Shown here one piece after another: positions 15,502 to 24,243 of a stretch of 25,175 bases of DNA (position 1 is its first letter; each line of letters opens with the position of its first letter). The stretch comes from a virus (lineage: Duplodnaviria; Caudoviricetes). A program made the translations under genes and the position numbers. The DNA is taken from the IMG/VR virus record IMGVR_UViG_3300016471_000446, positions 1-25,175 of that record; one strand, written 5' to 3'. Below the pieces are notes generated by a model. It did no database searches, was not told where the DNA came from, and saw only the letters and a program-made list of their open reading frames with translations.

Positions 15502-15716
15502 CACTCCACCTCCAGCGCGATGCCGCGCTTGGCCAGGTAGCTGACGCAGGCGGCTGCGTTCTGGCTGGCGGTGCCGGCTGCCCACTGGATGACGAGGGTG
15601 CCGCTCCGGCGGCGAATCTGCCAGTCACTACCGCTGGTCTGAAGGTGTAAGCCGGTCTGTTGCTCGAGGCGGTTGCTCAAGGCCAGCATGTCGATGCCGT
15701 TGAGGATGTAGTCCAT
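15501..15716 (-). CDS. Hypothetical protein (71 aa)
   Basis: MDYILNGIDMLAL...; first gene after the 15795 promoter. Confidence 0.65.
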   Translation of the reverse strand: MDYILNGIDMLALSNRLEQQTGLHLQTSGSDWQIRRRSGTLVIQWAAGTASQNAAACVSYLAKRGIALEVE

Positions 15717-15760
15717 GGTCAAGAGGTGAAAGGGAGAAGGCGGGCTGCCCCGCTGATGCA

Positions 15761-15813
15761 ATCATCGGGCGCCACGCCCCTCCCTCCCATGACCTGTTAC
15801 AGATCTTCACGCG
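15761..15813 (-). promoter_or_regulatory. HLR1-like box plus -10-like GATGAT
   Basis: acc-TGTTACAGATCTTCACG with the box at 15795-15811; GATGAT at 15766-15761 after a 28-nt spacer. Confidence 0.55.
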
Positions 15814-16063
15814 GTCCGATCTGCCACAGCCAGTAGCCCGGACGCCCCTGGCCGCCGCGGTCGTACTCCACCAGTCCTGCCCGCTTCAGACGGCTCATTC
15901 GCCAGCTGACCGACCCGTAGCTCACACCCCATCGGGCCTGCAGCTCCTCGAACGTCACGTGGCGGGGGATCTCACCCCCCACCAGCAGCGCCAGCTCCAG
16001 CACGTCCAGCACCGTCGTGTCGGTGTGCTGGGCCCGGAGGCCCAGGATCTTCGTGAGCTCCAT
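15797..16063 (-). CDS. Winged-helix DNA-binding protein
   Basis: TFEELQARWGVSYGSVSWRMSRLKRAGLVEY followed by a beta wing. Confidence 0.75.
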   Translation of the reverse strand: MELTKILGLRAQHTDTTVLDVLELALLVGGEIPRHVTFEELQARWGVSYGSVSWRMSRLKRAGLVEYDRGGQGRPGYWLWQIGPREDL

Positions 16064-16065
16064 GG

Positions 16066-16467
16066 TCAGAACGGGATGTCGTCGTCGTCCAGCGCATCGG
16101 CCGCAGCTGCTGGGGCCGCCTGCTGCGCTGGCAGCTGCTGCGCTTCACCTTCCTCATCCCGCTTGCTGCCCAGCAATTGCAAGCGGTCCACAGCGACCAC
16201 CATCTTGCTGCGCTCTTCGCCCGTCGACCGATCGGTCCACTTCTCCATCTTCACCGAGCCGGTCACACCGATCAGGCTGCCCTTGCGCACGTAGTCGACA
16301 ACTACCTGGGCCTGCTTGCCCCAGATCTGCAATGGGAACCACACGGTCTCCGCATCTCGCCCTCGGCCATTGACTGCCAGGTTCACGTTCGCCACCATCG
16401 TGCCGCTCTCGAAGTAACGCGCCTCAGGATCGCGGCCTGCGCGTCCCACCAATGTGATGCTGTTCAT
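16066..16467 (-). CDS. ssb: Single-stranded DNA-binding protein
   Basis: MNSITLVGRAGRDPEARYFESG (cyanobacterial-type N-terminus), YVRKGSLIGVTG, and acidic tail DDDDIPF. Confidence 0.95.
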   Translation of the reverse strand: MNSITLVGRAGRDPEARYFESGTMVANVNLAVNGRGRDAETVWFPLQIWGKQAQVVVDYVRKGSLIGVTGSVKMEKWTDRSTGEERSKMVVAVDRLQLLGSKRDEEGEAQQLPAQQAAPAAAADALDDDDIPF

Positions 16468-16685
16468 GTTCCAGATTGCGATTGAACATTGTCGGAAGAC
16501 AGCCAGCCAGGGGCTAACCTCTCCCACGCTTGAATCCCATCGAATGGGTACAACACCCGGCTGCCAACACGGATGAACGGCGGGCCCTTGCCCGCACTTC
16601 GCCAGTTCGCCAGCGTCTGATCACTCAGACGCCAGCGATCTGCCACCTCTTTGCTCGTCAAGTATTGCCTCTCACTACTACTCAT
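16464..16685 (-). CDS. Xis/AlpA-like HTH protein
   Basis: YLTSKEVADRWRLSDQTLANWRSAGKGPPFIRVGSRVLY. Confidence 0.88.
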   Translation of the reverse strand: MSSSERQYLTSKEVADRWRLSDQTLANWRSAGKGPPFIRVGSRVLYPFDGIQAWERLAPGWLSSDNVQSQSGT

Positions 16686-16696
16686 GACTCCTCTCC

Positions 16697-17416
16697 TCAG
16701 AATGGATCTTCACGGACCAGTTCGGCCTGGATAGGCTGTTCCTCGACAACTTCCGGCTCTGACACTGCTGCGGTCTCGGTCGGGGGCGCAGCTGCCGCAA
16801 TCTGGCGGTTGAGGTCCGCCACCACGCTGCCGCTGCTCACCGGTGCCTTCGTGTCGCGCACCGTCACCTGCTCCACCTCTTCCTTCACCCCCAGGCCGAA
16901 CAAGACTTCAGGGATGTAGAGGTTGATCAGGCGCGTCGCGGCACGCCACCGCAGCATCTGCTCCGGGATCGACTTGTACTTCGGGTTTCGAGTCCAACCG
17001 TCGGCTGCGGCCTCCTTCATCGTCACTGTGGCAGTGATCACCTCCCCGGTCTCGCGCAGCGACGCGCTAGCGGTCACCTCCAAGGCATCGCCCTGTCCCT
17101 TTGACTTCCAGGTGATCGGGCCCTGGAGCAGGCCGCTCTTGTTGGCGCGGCTGATCGCAAACCGGCTGCTGGTGTTCGGCCGGCCGTTGATGACGCTCAT
17201 TTCCTGGAACAGCAGCATCGGGTGCTCACCCAGCTGCTCGGCATAGAGCATGGCCACCAGGCACGCCTCGGGCTTGCCCTGGAAGTGGGGCGGCACCATC
17301 CCGGACATCGAGAACGCCTTGGCCAGTCGGTAGCGGTGGTCGAGGGCGGCACCATCGTGGAGGAAGGCCAGGGCCTGGTTGTTGGTGGTGGTCGTCAGGG
17401 CTGTGGATTCGGTCAT
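16697..17416 (-). CDS. RecT/Red-beta-like single-strand annealing protein
   Basis: SGMVPPHFQGKPEAC, MSVINGRP and PEQMLRWRA...YIPEVLFGL; lies between a RecE-like gene and ssb. Confidence 0.8.
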   Translation of the reverse strand: MTESTALTTTTNNQALAFLHDGAALDHRYRLAKAFSMSGMVPPHFQGKPEACLVAMLYAEQLGEHPMLLFQEMSVINGRPNTSSRFAISRANKSGLLQGPITWKSKGQGDALEVTASASLRETGEVITATVTMKEAAADGWTRNPKYKSIPEQMLRWRAATRLINLYIPEVLFGLGVKEEVEQVTVRDTKAPVSSGSVVADLNRQIAAAAPPTETAAVSEPEVVEEQPIQAELVREDPF

Positions 17417-17814
17417 GGAGTGTCTCCGGGGATGACCCGGGGTGAGGGGGACTGGGGCTTGACTGATTCACCAGTGAACGGGTTGGTGGGCCGCCGATCA
17501 GGCGATGGGTCGGGGTAGTTGATTGAGCGAGTGTCACGGGGGATAAGACGTGGCTTTGGTGCGACGGGGCCGTGCCTACTGGTGTTGCGGGCAGTGGGGC
17601 CTTCGTCGAAACGGACGGGGCGCCATACGGCCACGCTGTCAAGCCGGTGGTCGTCTCGGTGGATGTCGCGGAACTTGCGCGGACGTGCTTCGCTGCTGTC
17701 AGGAGCAATGTTTTTGTGGCTGAACCGGCTGAATCGTGGATGCCACGGCCAGCCGCACAGCACCGCGCTGCAGGTGGCGCCGATGGCGAACCATGCGAGG
17801 CGGGGATCAATCAC
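17413..17814 (-). CDS. Hypothetical protein with a hydrophobic N-terminus and Pro-rich C-terminus
   Basis: GTG at 17814 (MIDPRLAWFAIGATCSAVL...); fills the RecE-RecT gap with an ATGA overlap. Confidence 0.55.
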   Translation of the reverse strand: MIDPRLAWFAIGATCSAVLCGWPWHPRFSRFSHKNIAPDSSEARPRKFRDIHRDDHRLDSVAVWRPVRFDEGPTARNTSRHGPVAPKPRLIPRDTRSINYPDPSPDRRPTNPFTGESVKPQSPSPRVIPGDTP

Positions 17815-18616
17815 GGCACCACCCCGGCAGCTCGATCGGCTCCTGCACCAGGTCGCCGTAGCCAGGCCACACGCCGGTCGCCCAGCACTCCGCCAGCAGC
17901 GCCATCGCGGCCTCGATCCGGCGCTGGCCGGCGGCAATCATCGCCCCGGAGGCGGGATAGACGGCCACCGCAAACGGTCGCACGTTCTCGACCGCGATCG
18001 TCAGGAACTGCTCCGCCTCCAGCGCACCCTGGTTCCAGGCCGCCTGCACGTGGTAGTCCAGGTTGGCGATCGACTTGGCGAACTCCACCCTCGAGGCGTC
18101 CTTCGTGGTCTTGACGTCGACCACCAGCCGCCGGTCTTCGCTGTGCCAGTCCGGTCTGGTCTTGCACGCCAGGCCCGTCACCGGATCGGTCCACGTGTAG
18201 CTGGCCTCCCGCCGGCCGGGGAGCTCCAGCAGGAACCGCGCGGCTGGATGCTTCCGCACCGCATCGGCCATCCGGCGCACTTGGTCGGCATCCTCGGGGC
18301 TGAGCACCAGCTTGCCGGCGCTCTCGCGCTCAAACTCCGCCGCAAGCTCCTTGCCGACCCTCGTCCGACGGTCGAACGCATGCGGCGGCACTGCGATGGT
18401 GCTGTCCCAGAGCTCCGGCTCCAGCACCGCGGTGTGCAGGGCGGTGCCCAGCTTCATGGGGTCGGTCGGCTCGCGCTTCTCGCGGTCCTCCGCCAGGAAC
18501 TGGTCGGAGTAGTGCAGCGGCGATCGGCCGAGCACCTTTATCTGGCTCGGCGAGACCGCTTTGAGCGCGTGGTAGGCCTCGTTCGTGAGGCCGGGGTGAT
18601 GAGTGAGGTCAGGCAT
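17807..18616 (-). CDS. RecE/exonuclease VIII-like PD-(D/E)XK nuclease (DUF3799 type)
   Basis: NEAYHA...SPSQIK, LGTALHTAVLEP, CKTRPD, VDVKTT and YHVQAAW. Confidence 0.92.
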   Translation of the reverse strand: MPDLTHHPGLTNEAYHALKAVSPSQIKVLGRSPLHYSDQFLAEDREKREPTDPMKLGTALHTAVLEPELWDSTIAVPPHAFDRRTRVGKELAAEFERESAGKLVLSPEDADQVRRMADAVRKHPAARFLLELPGRREASYTWTDPVTGLACKTRPDWHSEDRRLVVDVKTTKDASRVEFAKSIANLDYHVQAAWNQGALEAEQFLTIAVENVRPFAVAVYPASGAMIAAGQRRIEAAMALLAECWATGVWPGYGDLVQEPIELPGWCRD

Positions 18617-18660
18617 AGGCCATACCCTGTGAATAGCGGGGGTCAGGCATCACCCTAAAC

Positions 18661-18732
18661 ACCTCCCCGCACTTACCGATGCTTCCCGCTGCTTCCCGCA
18701 ACATACTGTCATAATCCTTTGATTTCGCGGGA
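18661..18732. promoter_or_regulatory. Divergent control region with 10-bp-phased repeats
   Basis: acctccccgc/acttaccgat/gcttcccgct/gcttcccgca, plus an inverted gcggga at 18727, between the leftward recombination and rightward replication operons. Confidence 0.45.
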
Positions 18733-18782
18733 TATTCAGGCATCCTTCTGTCACGGTCAACCCCCTCTTCACAGGCATTCGC

Positions 18783-20183
18783 ATGCCAGTCTCGCTTCGT
18801 CCCTATCAACAGCAGCTGCTCGAGGACATCCGCTCACAGATGCGCCTCGGTCATCGCCGCATCCTCGCCGTCATGCCCACAGGCGCTGGCAAGGGCACGA
18901 CCATCGCATTCATGGTCAGCGAGGCCGCCCGCCGCGGCCATCGCGTCCTGATCCTTGCGCACCGCGCTGAGCTGATCGCCGACCTCTCACAGCGCATCCA
19001 CGGCCTCGGCATCAACCACGGCATCCTCGCCAACGGCTACCGCGAAGATCTTCGCCAGACTGTGCAGGTTGGATCAGTCCAGACCGTGGTCCGACGCCTC
19101 GACCGCATCCCGCCGCCGTCCATGGTGATCCAGGACGAGGCCCACCACCTCGTGGCGGGCAACATGTGGGGCCGGATCATCGAGACGTGGCCCAGCTCCT
19201 TCCTGATCGGGAAGACCGCCACGCCTGAACGGCTTTCAGGTGAAGGCCTTGGGCAGGGTCATGGCGGCTTCTTCACCACCATGGTGCTGGGCCCCGACGC
19301 TGCCTGGCTCACCGCGGAAGGCTTCCTCGTCCCCGCCCGGATCTTCGCCCCGCCAGGCATTGACCTCTCGGCGGTGAAGCGCTTCGACACCGCCAAGGGC
19401 CGCCACGACTCCGGCACCATCCTTCGCCAGGGCCAGGCCATGGGTGATGCCGTCTTTCACTACCGCCGCACCATCGAGGACCATCACAACGGCACCGCCA
19501 TCGCCTTCTGCTGCTCCGTCGATGACGCCGATGCTCTCGCCGAGGCCTTCCGCTCTGACGGCATCGCCGCCGCCCGTCTCGACGGATCCATGGACCGTGG
19601 TGAGCGTCGCCGGCTGATCGCTGACCTGGGGGCCGGCGTCCTGAAGGTGCTCACCAGCTGCGACATCATCAGCGAGGGCACCGACATCCCATCAGTCACC
19701 GGCGCGATCCTGCTTCGCCCCACCGAATCGCTGGGCCTCCACCTCCAGCAGGTGGGCCGCGTGCTGCGCCCCTGCCAGGGGAAGACGCACGCGATCATCA
19801 ACGACCACGTTGGCAACAGCCTTCGCCATGGCCTGCCGACCGATCCACGCGAGTGGTCCCTCAAGGGCCGACCCAAGCGCAAGCGGGCCGCCAGCGACGC
19901 CCTGCCGGTGCGCGTCTGCCCTCGCTGCTTCGTCACCCTGGCCTCGACGGTGCCCGTCTGCACTGAATGCGGCCACGCCTTCGAGTCGCAGCGGCGTAAG
20001 CTCACGGTCGTCGATGGCAACCTCCAGGAGCTCACTCCACAGCAGCTCGCACAGCAGCGTCGCCGCGCCATCGGCCAGGCGCGCACTCGCGAGGAGCTCG
20101 AGGCCATCCGCTTGGAGATGGGATACAAGCCAGGATGGGTCGATCACATTCTGAGGGAACGCGGTGCCAGCTTGTTCCGATGA
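18783..20183 (+). CDS. Superfamily 2 DEAH helicase (RadD/YejH-like) with a C-terminal zinc finger
   Basis: LRPYQ, MPTGAGKG, DEAHH, TATPER, SEGTDIP, QQVGRVLR and CPRC...CTEC. Confidence 0.95.
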   Translation: MPVSLRPYQQQLLEDIRSQMRLGHRRILAVMPTGAGKGTTIAFMVSEAARRGHRVLILAHRAELIADLSQRIHGLGINHGILANGYREDLRQTVQVGSVQTVVRRLDRIPPPSMVIQDEAHHLVAGNMWGRIIETWPSSFLIGKTATPERLSGEGLGQGHGGFFTTMVLGPDAAWLTAEGFLVPARIFAPPGIDLSAVKRFDTAKGRHDSGTILRQGQAMGDAVFHYRRTIEDHHNGTAIAFCCSVDDADALAEAFRSDGIAAARLDGSMDRGERRRLIADLGAGVLKVLTSCDIISEGTDIPSVTGAILLRPTESLGLHLQQVGRVLRPCQGKTHAIINDHVGNSLRHGLPTDPREWSLKGRPKRKRAASDALPVRVCPRCFVTLASTVPVCTECGHAFESQRRKLTVVDGNLQELTPQQLAQQRRRAIGQARTREELEAIRLEMGYKPGWVDHILRERGASLFR

Positions 20184-20511
20184 ATCCGCGATCCAGCAGG
20201 CGATCCGCCTCCTCTCCCGCGGGCCCGTCCGCCTCTTCCGCAACAACACCGGTGCTCTCAAGGACCAGACCGGCCGCCTCGTGCGCTACGGCCTCTGCAC
20301 CGGCTCCAGCGACCTCATCGGCTTCCGCACCATCACCATCACGCCCGACATGGTCGGCCAGCGCATCGCCGTCTTCACCGCCATCGAGGTCAAGGACCGC
20401 GGCCGCGCCACCCCCGAGCAGCAGGCTTTCATCGCCATGGTCCAGGCCGCCGGTGGTCTTGCCGGCATCGCTCGCTCCGTCGACGACGCACGCTCCATCC
20501 TTGGCATGTAA
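20164..20511 (+). CDS. VRR-NUC domain nuclease
   Basis: ESAIQQAI, LFRNNTG, GSSDLIG and AIEVK..GRATPEQQAF. Confidence 0.9.
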   Translation: MPACSDESAIQQAIRLLSRGPVRLFRNNTGALKDQTGRLVRYGLCTGSSDLIGFRTITITPDMVGQRIAVFTAIEVKDRGRATPEQQAFIAMVQAAGGLAGIARSVDDARSILGM

Positions 20512-20558
20512 CCGAGTGTTACAACCCACGGATTTGCCCGCCACCCTCGGGCTACGGT
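20505..20558 (+). promoter_or_regulatory. HLR1-like/palindromic box plus -10 (TACGGT)
   Basis: TGTAACCGAGTGTTACA at 20507-20523; 29-nt spacer; TACGGT at 20553-20558; upstream of the operon leading to PrimPol. Confidence 0.6.
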
Positions 20559-20581
20559 CCCTCTGCCACTCCCACCCACCC

Positions 20582-20818
20582 ATGGCGCCCTACTCACCCC
20601 TCGAGGCCCTCATCCGCCTCCGGGCCCTCTACATCAGCACCCACAACGAGCAGATCCCCACTGACGACGACTTGCGCGATTTTGCCACCAGCCCTCACGA
20701 ATGGGCTAAGCACATCATTCGCCACGGCGGCTGGTCGTTTTCCGCCGCCGAGGCCTGCGTCCGATCGGTTCGCATTCTCCGCAAGCGCGCCCTCCAGGCC
20801 CTCGACGCTGCCGCATGA
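20582..20818 (+). CDS. Hypothetical protein (78 aa)
   Basis: MAPYSPLEALIRLRALY...; first ATG after the promoter. Confidence 0.65.
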   Translation: MAPYSPLEALIRLRALYISTHNEQIPTDDDLRDFATSPHEWAKHIIRHGGWSFSAAEACVRSVRILRKRALQALDAAA

Positions 20819-20988
20819 CCATGCAGCGCTTCCAGCTTCGTTGCCACCGCCTGGGCCAGTCACCCTTCCTTTGGGACTGCATCGCCAAGCACCCAGGCCA
20901 AGCCATCAAGATCGCCGCCTTCACCTGGCCCGGTCACCTCTTCACCTTTGTCGATCACCACGACGACCACCCGCAGTTCCTCGCATGA
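20815..20988 (+). CDS. Hypothetical protein (57 aa, not in the ORF track)
   Basis: MTMQRFQLRCHRLGQSPFLWDCIAKHPGQAIKIAAFTWPGHLFTFVDHHDDHPQFLA*; ATGA overlaps at both ends. Confidence 0.65.
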   Translation: MTMQRFQLRCHRLGQSPFLWDCIAKHPGQAIKIAAFTWPGHLFTFVDHHDDHPQFLA

Positions 20989-21167
20989 TGCTCTTCCCCT
21001 TCTCCTCGAGCTCCACATTCAACGCCGGTGTCGAGCACGAACGCCAGCGCATCGCCGGCATCCTCCTCTCGCGTCGTGACCTCCTCGGCCACAGCCCCGT
21101 CGCCGGCAACCCCTTCCGTCGTGACGAGATCCTCCTCCTCCTCGCTGCCATCCAGGAGGCGGACTGA
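20985..21167 (+). CDS. Hypothetical protein (60 aa)
   Basis: MMLFPFSSSSTFNAGVEHERQRI...; TGATG coupling to PrimPol. Confidence 0.65.
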   Translation: MMLFPFSSSSTFNAGVEHERQRIAGILLSRRDLLGHSPVAGNPFRRDEILLLLAAIQEAD

Positions 21168-23383
21168 TGACCGCGCAGCTGCTGCAGCAGCTTCAGCAGC
21201 TGCCTGACGACTGGGCCCTTGTCGCCGTCGGCAACAACAAGCGCCCTTACCAGTCTTCCTGGCAGGACATTCCCCTCACCAAGGACCAGGTCGCTGATGA
21301 GATCACCGCCGGTCGCGCCAAAGCCGTCGGCGTCCTCGCTGGCCCACCATCAGGTGGTCTCCTCTTCGTTGATCACGACGGCATCTCCGCCACTGAGGTC
21401 CTCGAGCGCATCGGCGCTCCGCTCCGTGACCTGCCCAAGTCCATCGCCGTCACCTCCGGCCGCGACGGTCGCTTCCAGATCATCTACCGGGTCCCATCCG
21501 ACTACTGGCCCGCCATGGTCGGTCGACGCGTCATCAAGTCCGGCAAGACTGACACCGACGGCAAGGCCGAACAGCTCGAACTTCGATGGATCGGCCATCA
21601 GTCCGTCGTCATCGGTGCTCACCCCACCACCAACGGCTACCGCTGGCTCAAAGGCCGCAGCCCCGCTGAGCAGCCCCTCGCCGATGCGCCCTTGGTGCTC
21701 ATCGAGCAGCTGCTCGATACTCCCGAACCTGAACCCACACCACTTCTCAGTCAGGCCACACCACCACCAGCAGCAGCACCACCGCCGTCCACTGGCACCG
21801 TCCCACTGCTCGACTTCGTCACCCGCGACTCTCGCGCTCTCATCGAGACCGGTGGCACCCCCGGCTCATGGAACGATGATCAGCTGCGCCTCTCACTTGA
21901 TCTTCTTGGCACCGAGGCCTGGATCCGTGCACAAGGCCACACCCCAGACCTCACCGCCTCTCAGGCTTTCGCACTCCACATCACTGCCGCACGGCCCAAG
22001 GCCAGCGACTTCGACGAGAAGAAGTCGTGGCATCGGTTCAACGGTGCAGAGTCCCGCCACCCCACCCCAGGCACGCCAGACGACAAGCTCCACGACCGCC
22101 TGCGCTTCCACACCCGCGCGCAGCGGCCCCTCCTGCCGCCACCACCACCTCAGCCATCTGCCCCACCGCCTCCACCGCCGCAGGCCCCCACGCCGCCGCC
22201 CGAAGCCCCCTACGCTCCTTCCTTCGCCAAGCCGCAGAAGCTCGAGGCCGGGGAGTTGCTCGCCATGCTGCGCACCCAGGCCCAAGGTGGTCGCATCCGC
22301 TTCAACACCTTCTCCCAGCAGCTGGAGATTGACGGCAGCGTCCTCGAAGGTTCCGAACGCTTTTACCTCTCCCTCGCAGAGCAGGGTTTCAAGGTTTCAA
22401 AGGACCTCGCCCTTGACTGCCTGATTCAGGTCGCCCGCGAGAACCCCTACGACCCGGTCGCGCTCTACCTCGACCACGTCGCCGCCACTGTCCCGCCCAC
22501 CTACATCGACGGTCTCGCCACCGCCTACCTCCGCCCCGAAGACGCCGCCACAGCATCTGGGCCTACCCTCTACGACCACATGCTTCGCTGCACCCTCATT
22601 GGTGCCGTCAGGCGGGTCTACGAGCCCGGCAGCAAGCACGACACCGCCACCGTGCTCATGGGTGATCAGGGCGCCCGCAAGAGCTCCTTCTGGTCTGCCC
22701 TCGGCGGCCCCTTCTTCTCCGATGCCCTCGGCGACTGCACCAGCAAGGACGACCTGATGGTCCTCCATCGCTCTTGGATCATGGAGTGGGCTGAGCTGGA
22801 CCACATCATGGGCCGCCGCCACGCCGGCCAGGTCAAGGCCTTCCTCTCGCAGTCCACCGACCTCTTCCGCGTCCCCTACGGCAAGGCCACCGAAGCCTTC
22901 CCACGTCGCGGCATCATCGTCGGCTCGACCAACCGCTCCACCGGTTTCCTCCAGGACGACACCGGCAACCGTCGCTTCTGGGTCATCCCCACCACCCGGA
23001 CTGAAGCCGATCCCATCGACACTCCCACCCTCCTGGCCGAGCGTGACGCCATCTGGTCCGCCGCCGTTCACGCCTACCGCGCCGGCGCACCCAACTACCT
23101 CCCCATCGACCTTGCACAGCAGGTCACCCGCGAGAACGAGTCCTACCAGGTTGACAACCCCTGGAAGGCTCCCATCGAGGCCTGGCTTACGGCCCCCACC
23201 AACCACGGCAAACGCATCACCAGCGAACTGCTGCTCTCGGAGGCCATTTGCAAGCCGGTCGAGCGTCAGTCCAGGGCCGATCAAATGCAGGTCGGCACCA
23301 TCCTCCGGGAGCTCGGATACGAGAAGAGGCGCACCACGGTCGACGGGACCCTCAAGTGGGTGTTCTTCCAACCTCAGGCCTGA
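21167..23383 (+). CDS. Primase-polymerase (AEP) fused to a VirE/VapE-type P-loop helicase
   Basis: N-terminal LLFVDHDG, TSGRDGR and GHQSVVIGAHP; Pro-rich linkers; C-terminal GDQGARKSSF (Walker A), WIMEWAEL, FRVPYG, GSTN and DDTGNRRFW. Confidence 0.92.
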   Translation: MTAQLLQQLQQLPDDWALVAVGNNKRPYQSSWQDIPLTKDQVADEITAGRAKAVGVLAGPPSGGLLFVDHDGISATEVLERIGAPLRDLPKSIAVTSGRDGRFQIIYRVPSDYWPAMVGRRVIKSGKTDTDGKAEQLELRWIGHQSVVIGAHPTTNGYRWLKGRSPAEQPLADAPLVLIEQLLDTPEPEPTPLLSQATPPPAAAPPPSTGTVPLLDFVTRDSRALIETGGTPGSWNDDQLRLSLDLLGTEAWIRAQGHTPDLTASQAFALHITAARPKASDFDEKKSWHRFNGAESRHPTPGTPDDKLHDRLRFHTRAQRPLLPPPPPQPSAPPPPPPQAPTPPPEAPYAPSFAKPQKLEAGELLAMLRTQAQGGRIRFNTFSQQLEIDGSVLEGSERFYLSLAEQGFKVSKDLALDCLIQVARENPYDPVALYLDHVAATVPPTYIDGLATAYLRPEDAATASGPTLYDHMLRCTLIGAVRRVYEPGSKHDTATVLMGDQGARKSSFWSALGGPFFSDALGDCTSKDDLMVLHRSWIMEWAELDHIMGRRHAGQVKAFLSQSTDLFRVPYGKATEAFPRRGIIVGSTNRSTGFLQDDTGNRRFWVIPTTRTEADPIDTPTLLAERDAIWSAAVHAYRAGAPNYLPIDLAQQVTRENESYQVDNPWKAPIEAWLTAPTNHGKRITSELLLSEAICKPVERQSRADQMQVGTILRELGYEKRRTTVDGTLKWVFFQPQA

Positions 23384-23558
23384 TCCTTCCTACCTGTTGG
23401 CAAGGTTGGAAAGCTGAAACCCCAGTCAGGGGCTGGCTTTCTCTATCCTTTCTAACCTTTCCAACCTAAAAGGAAGAATAGAAAGAGAAGGGGGGAGAGG
23501 GGTATAGGGCAACTCTTGGAACTGGGATGTCAGGTTGGAAAAGGTTGGAAGGTTGGAA
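23366..23558. repeat. AGGTTGGAA iteron-like cluster, putative replication origin
   Basis: Plus-strand copies at 23403, 23532, 23542 and 23550; inverted copies at 23366 and 23459; one-mismatch inverted copies at 23387 and 23450; central purine tract; located at the 3' end of the primase-helicase gene. Confidence 0.7.
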
Positions 23559-23589
23559 GCCCCTACCCTGGACCCAGGAGGTGCACCCC

Positions 23590-24201
23590 ATGGCTCAGAT
23601 CGACATCTCTGCCCGCGTCCTCGGGGACACCGAGCTCTCCAAGGCCCTTGCGCAGCTCTCCTCCCACGACATCCCCAAGGCCATCGCACACGGTGTCCGC
23701 CTGGCTGGTCAAGGGGCCAAGACCATTCTTGGGAAGGAGATCTCAGCCATCACTCCCATCCCTTCTGCCCGCATCAAGCAGGACGTCTTCGTTGCCATCG
23801 CTGCCGATGGTCAGTCCGCCAAGGTCTACACCGGCTCCACACCGATCTCGGCTCTGAAGTTCAAGCCACGTCAAACCCGCAGCGGTCTGCAGCTCACCCT
23901 CTACAAGGGCGAGCCCACCCTCATCCGATCGGGCTTCATGCAGACCAACCGATCACAGGCTCACCGCGGCAAGCTCCCCTTTAAGCCCGATCCCTCAAGG
24001 CCATACAGCTACGACGCCAGACGCAAGACCAAGCGCAAGGGCATGCAGTTCGTCTTCGGCCTGTCCATCGCTTCCATCTACCTCGGTGGTCGTCACAGCA
24101 GCAGGCTTCAGGCTGCAACCGAAGCACGTGTTGCAGAACGCCTCGCCACTGGCATCCTCCAGCGCCTCGGCGCTATGGGTCGTGGGTTCGGTCGCGCCTG
24201 A
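23590..24201 (+). CDS. Lambda gpZ-like minor tail / neck protein
   Basis: Basic 203-aa protein; N-terminal IPKAIAHGVRLAG..AKT...EIS.....PSARIK and C-terminal FGLSI pattern resemble the gpZ family. Confidence 0.55.
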   Translation: MAQIDISARVLGDTELSKALAQLSSHDIPKAIAHGVRLAGQGAKTILGKEISAITPIPSARIKQDVFVAIAADGQSAKVYTGSTPISALKFKPRQTRSGLQLTLYKGEPTLIRSGFMQTNRSQAHRGKLPFKPDPSRPYSYDARRKTKRKGMQFVFGLSIASIYLGGRHSSRLQAATEARVAERLATGILQRLGAMGRGFGRA

Positions 24202-24243
24202 GACAATCCGTTACCCTGTGACCGTCCTCGGCCCACCTCGACC

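Noticed and set aside
21167-23383. Z-genome (2-aminoadenine) system, since the PrimPol-VirE architecture recalls cyanophage S-2L
   Set aside because: No purZ or datZ gene is in the window, and an adenine MTase plus ordinary replication genes give no support.
24199-24215. Seventh box TGAGACAATCCGTTACC (and the one at 18707)
   Set aside because: The sequence is similar but no convincing -10 lies at 28-29 nt, so these were not counted as promoters.
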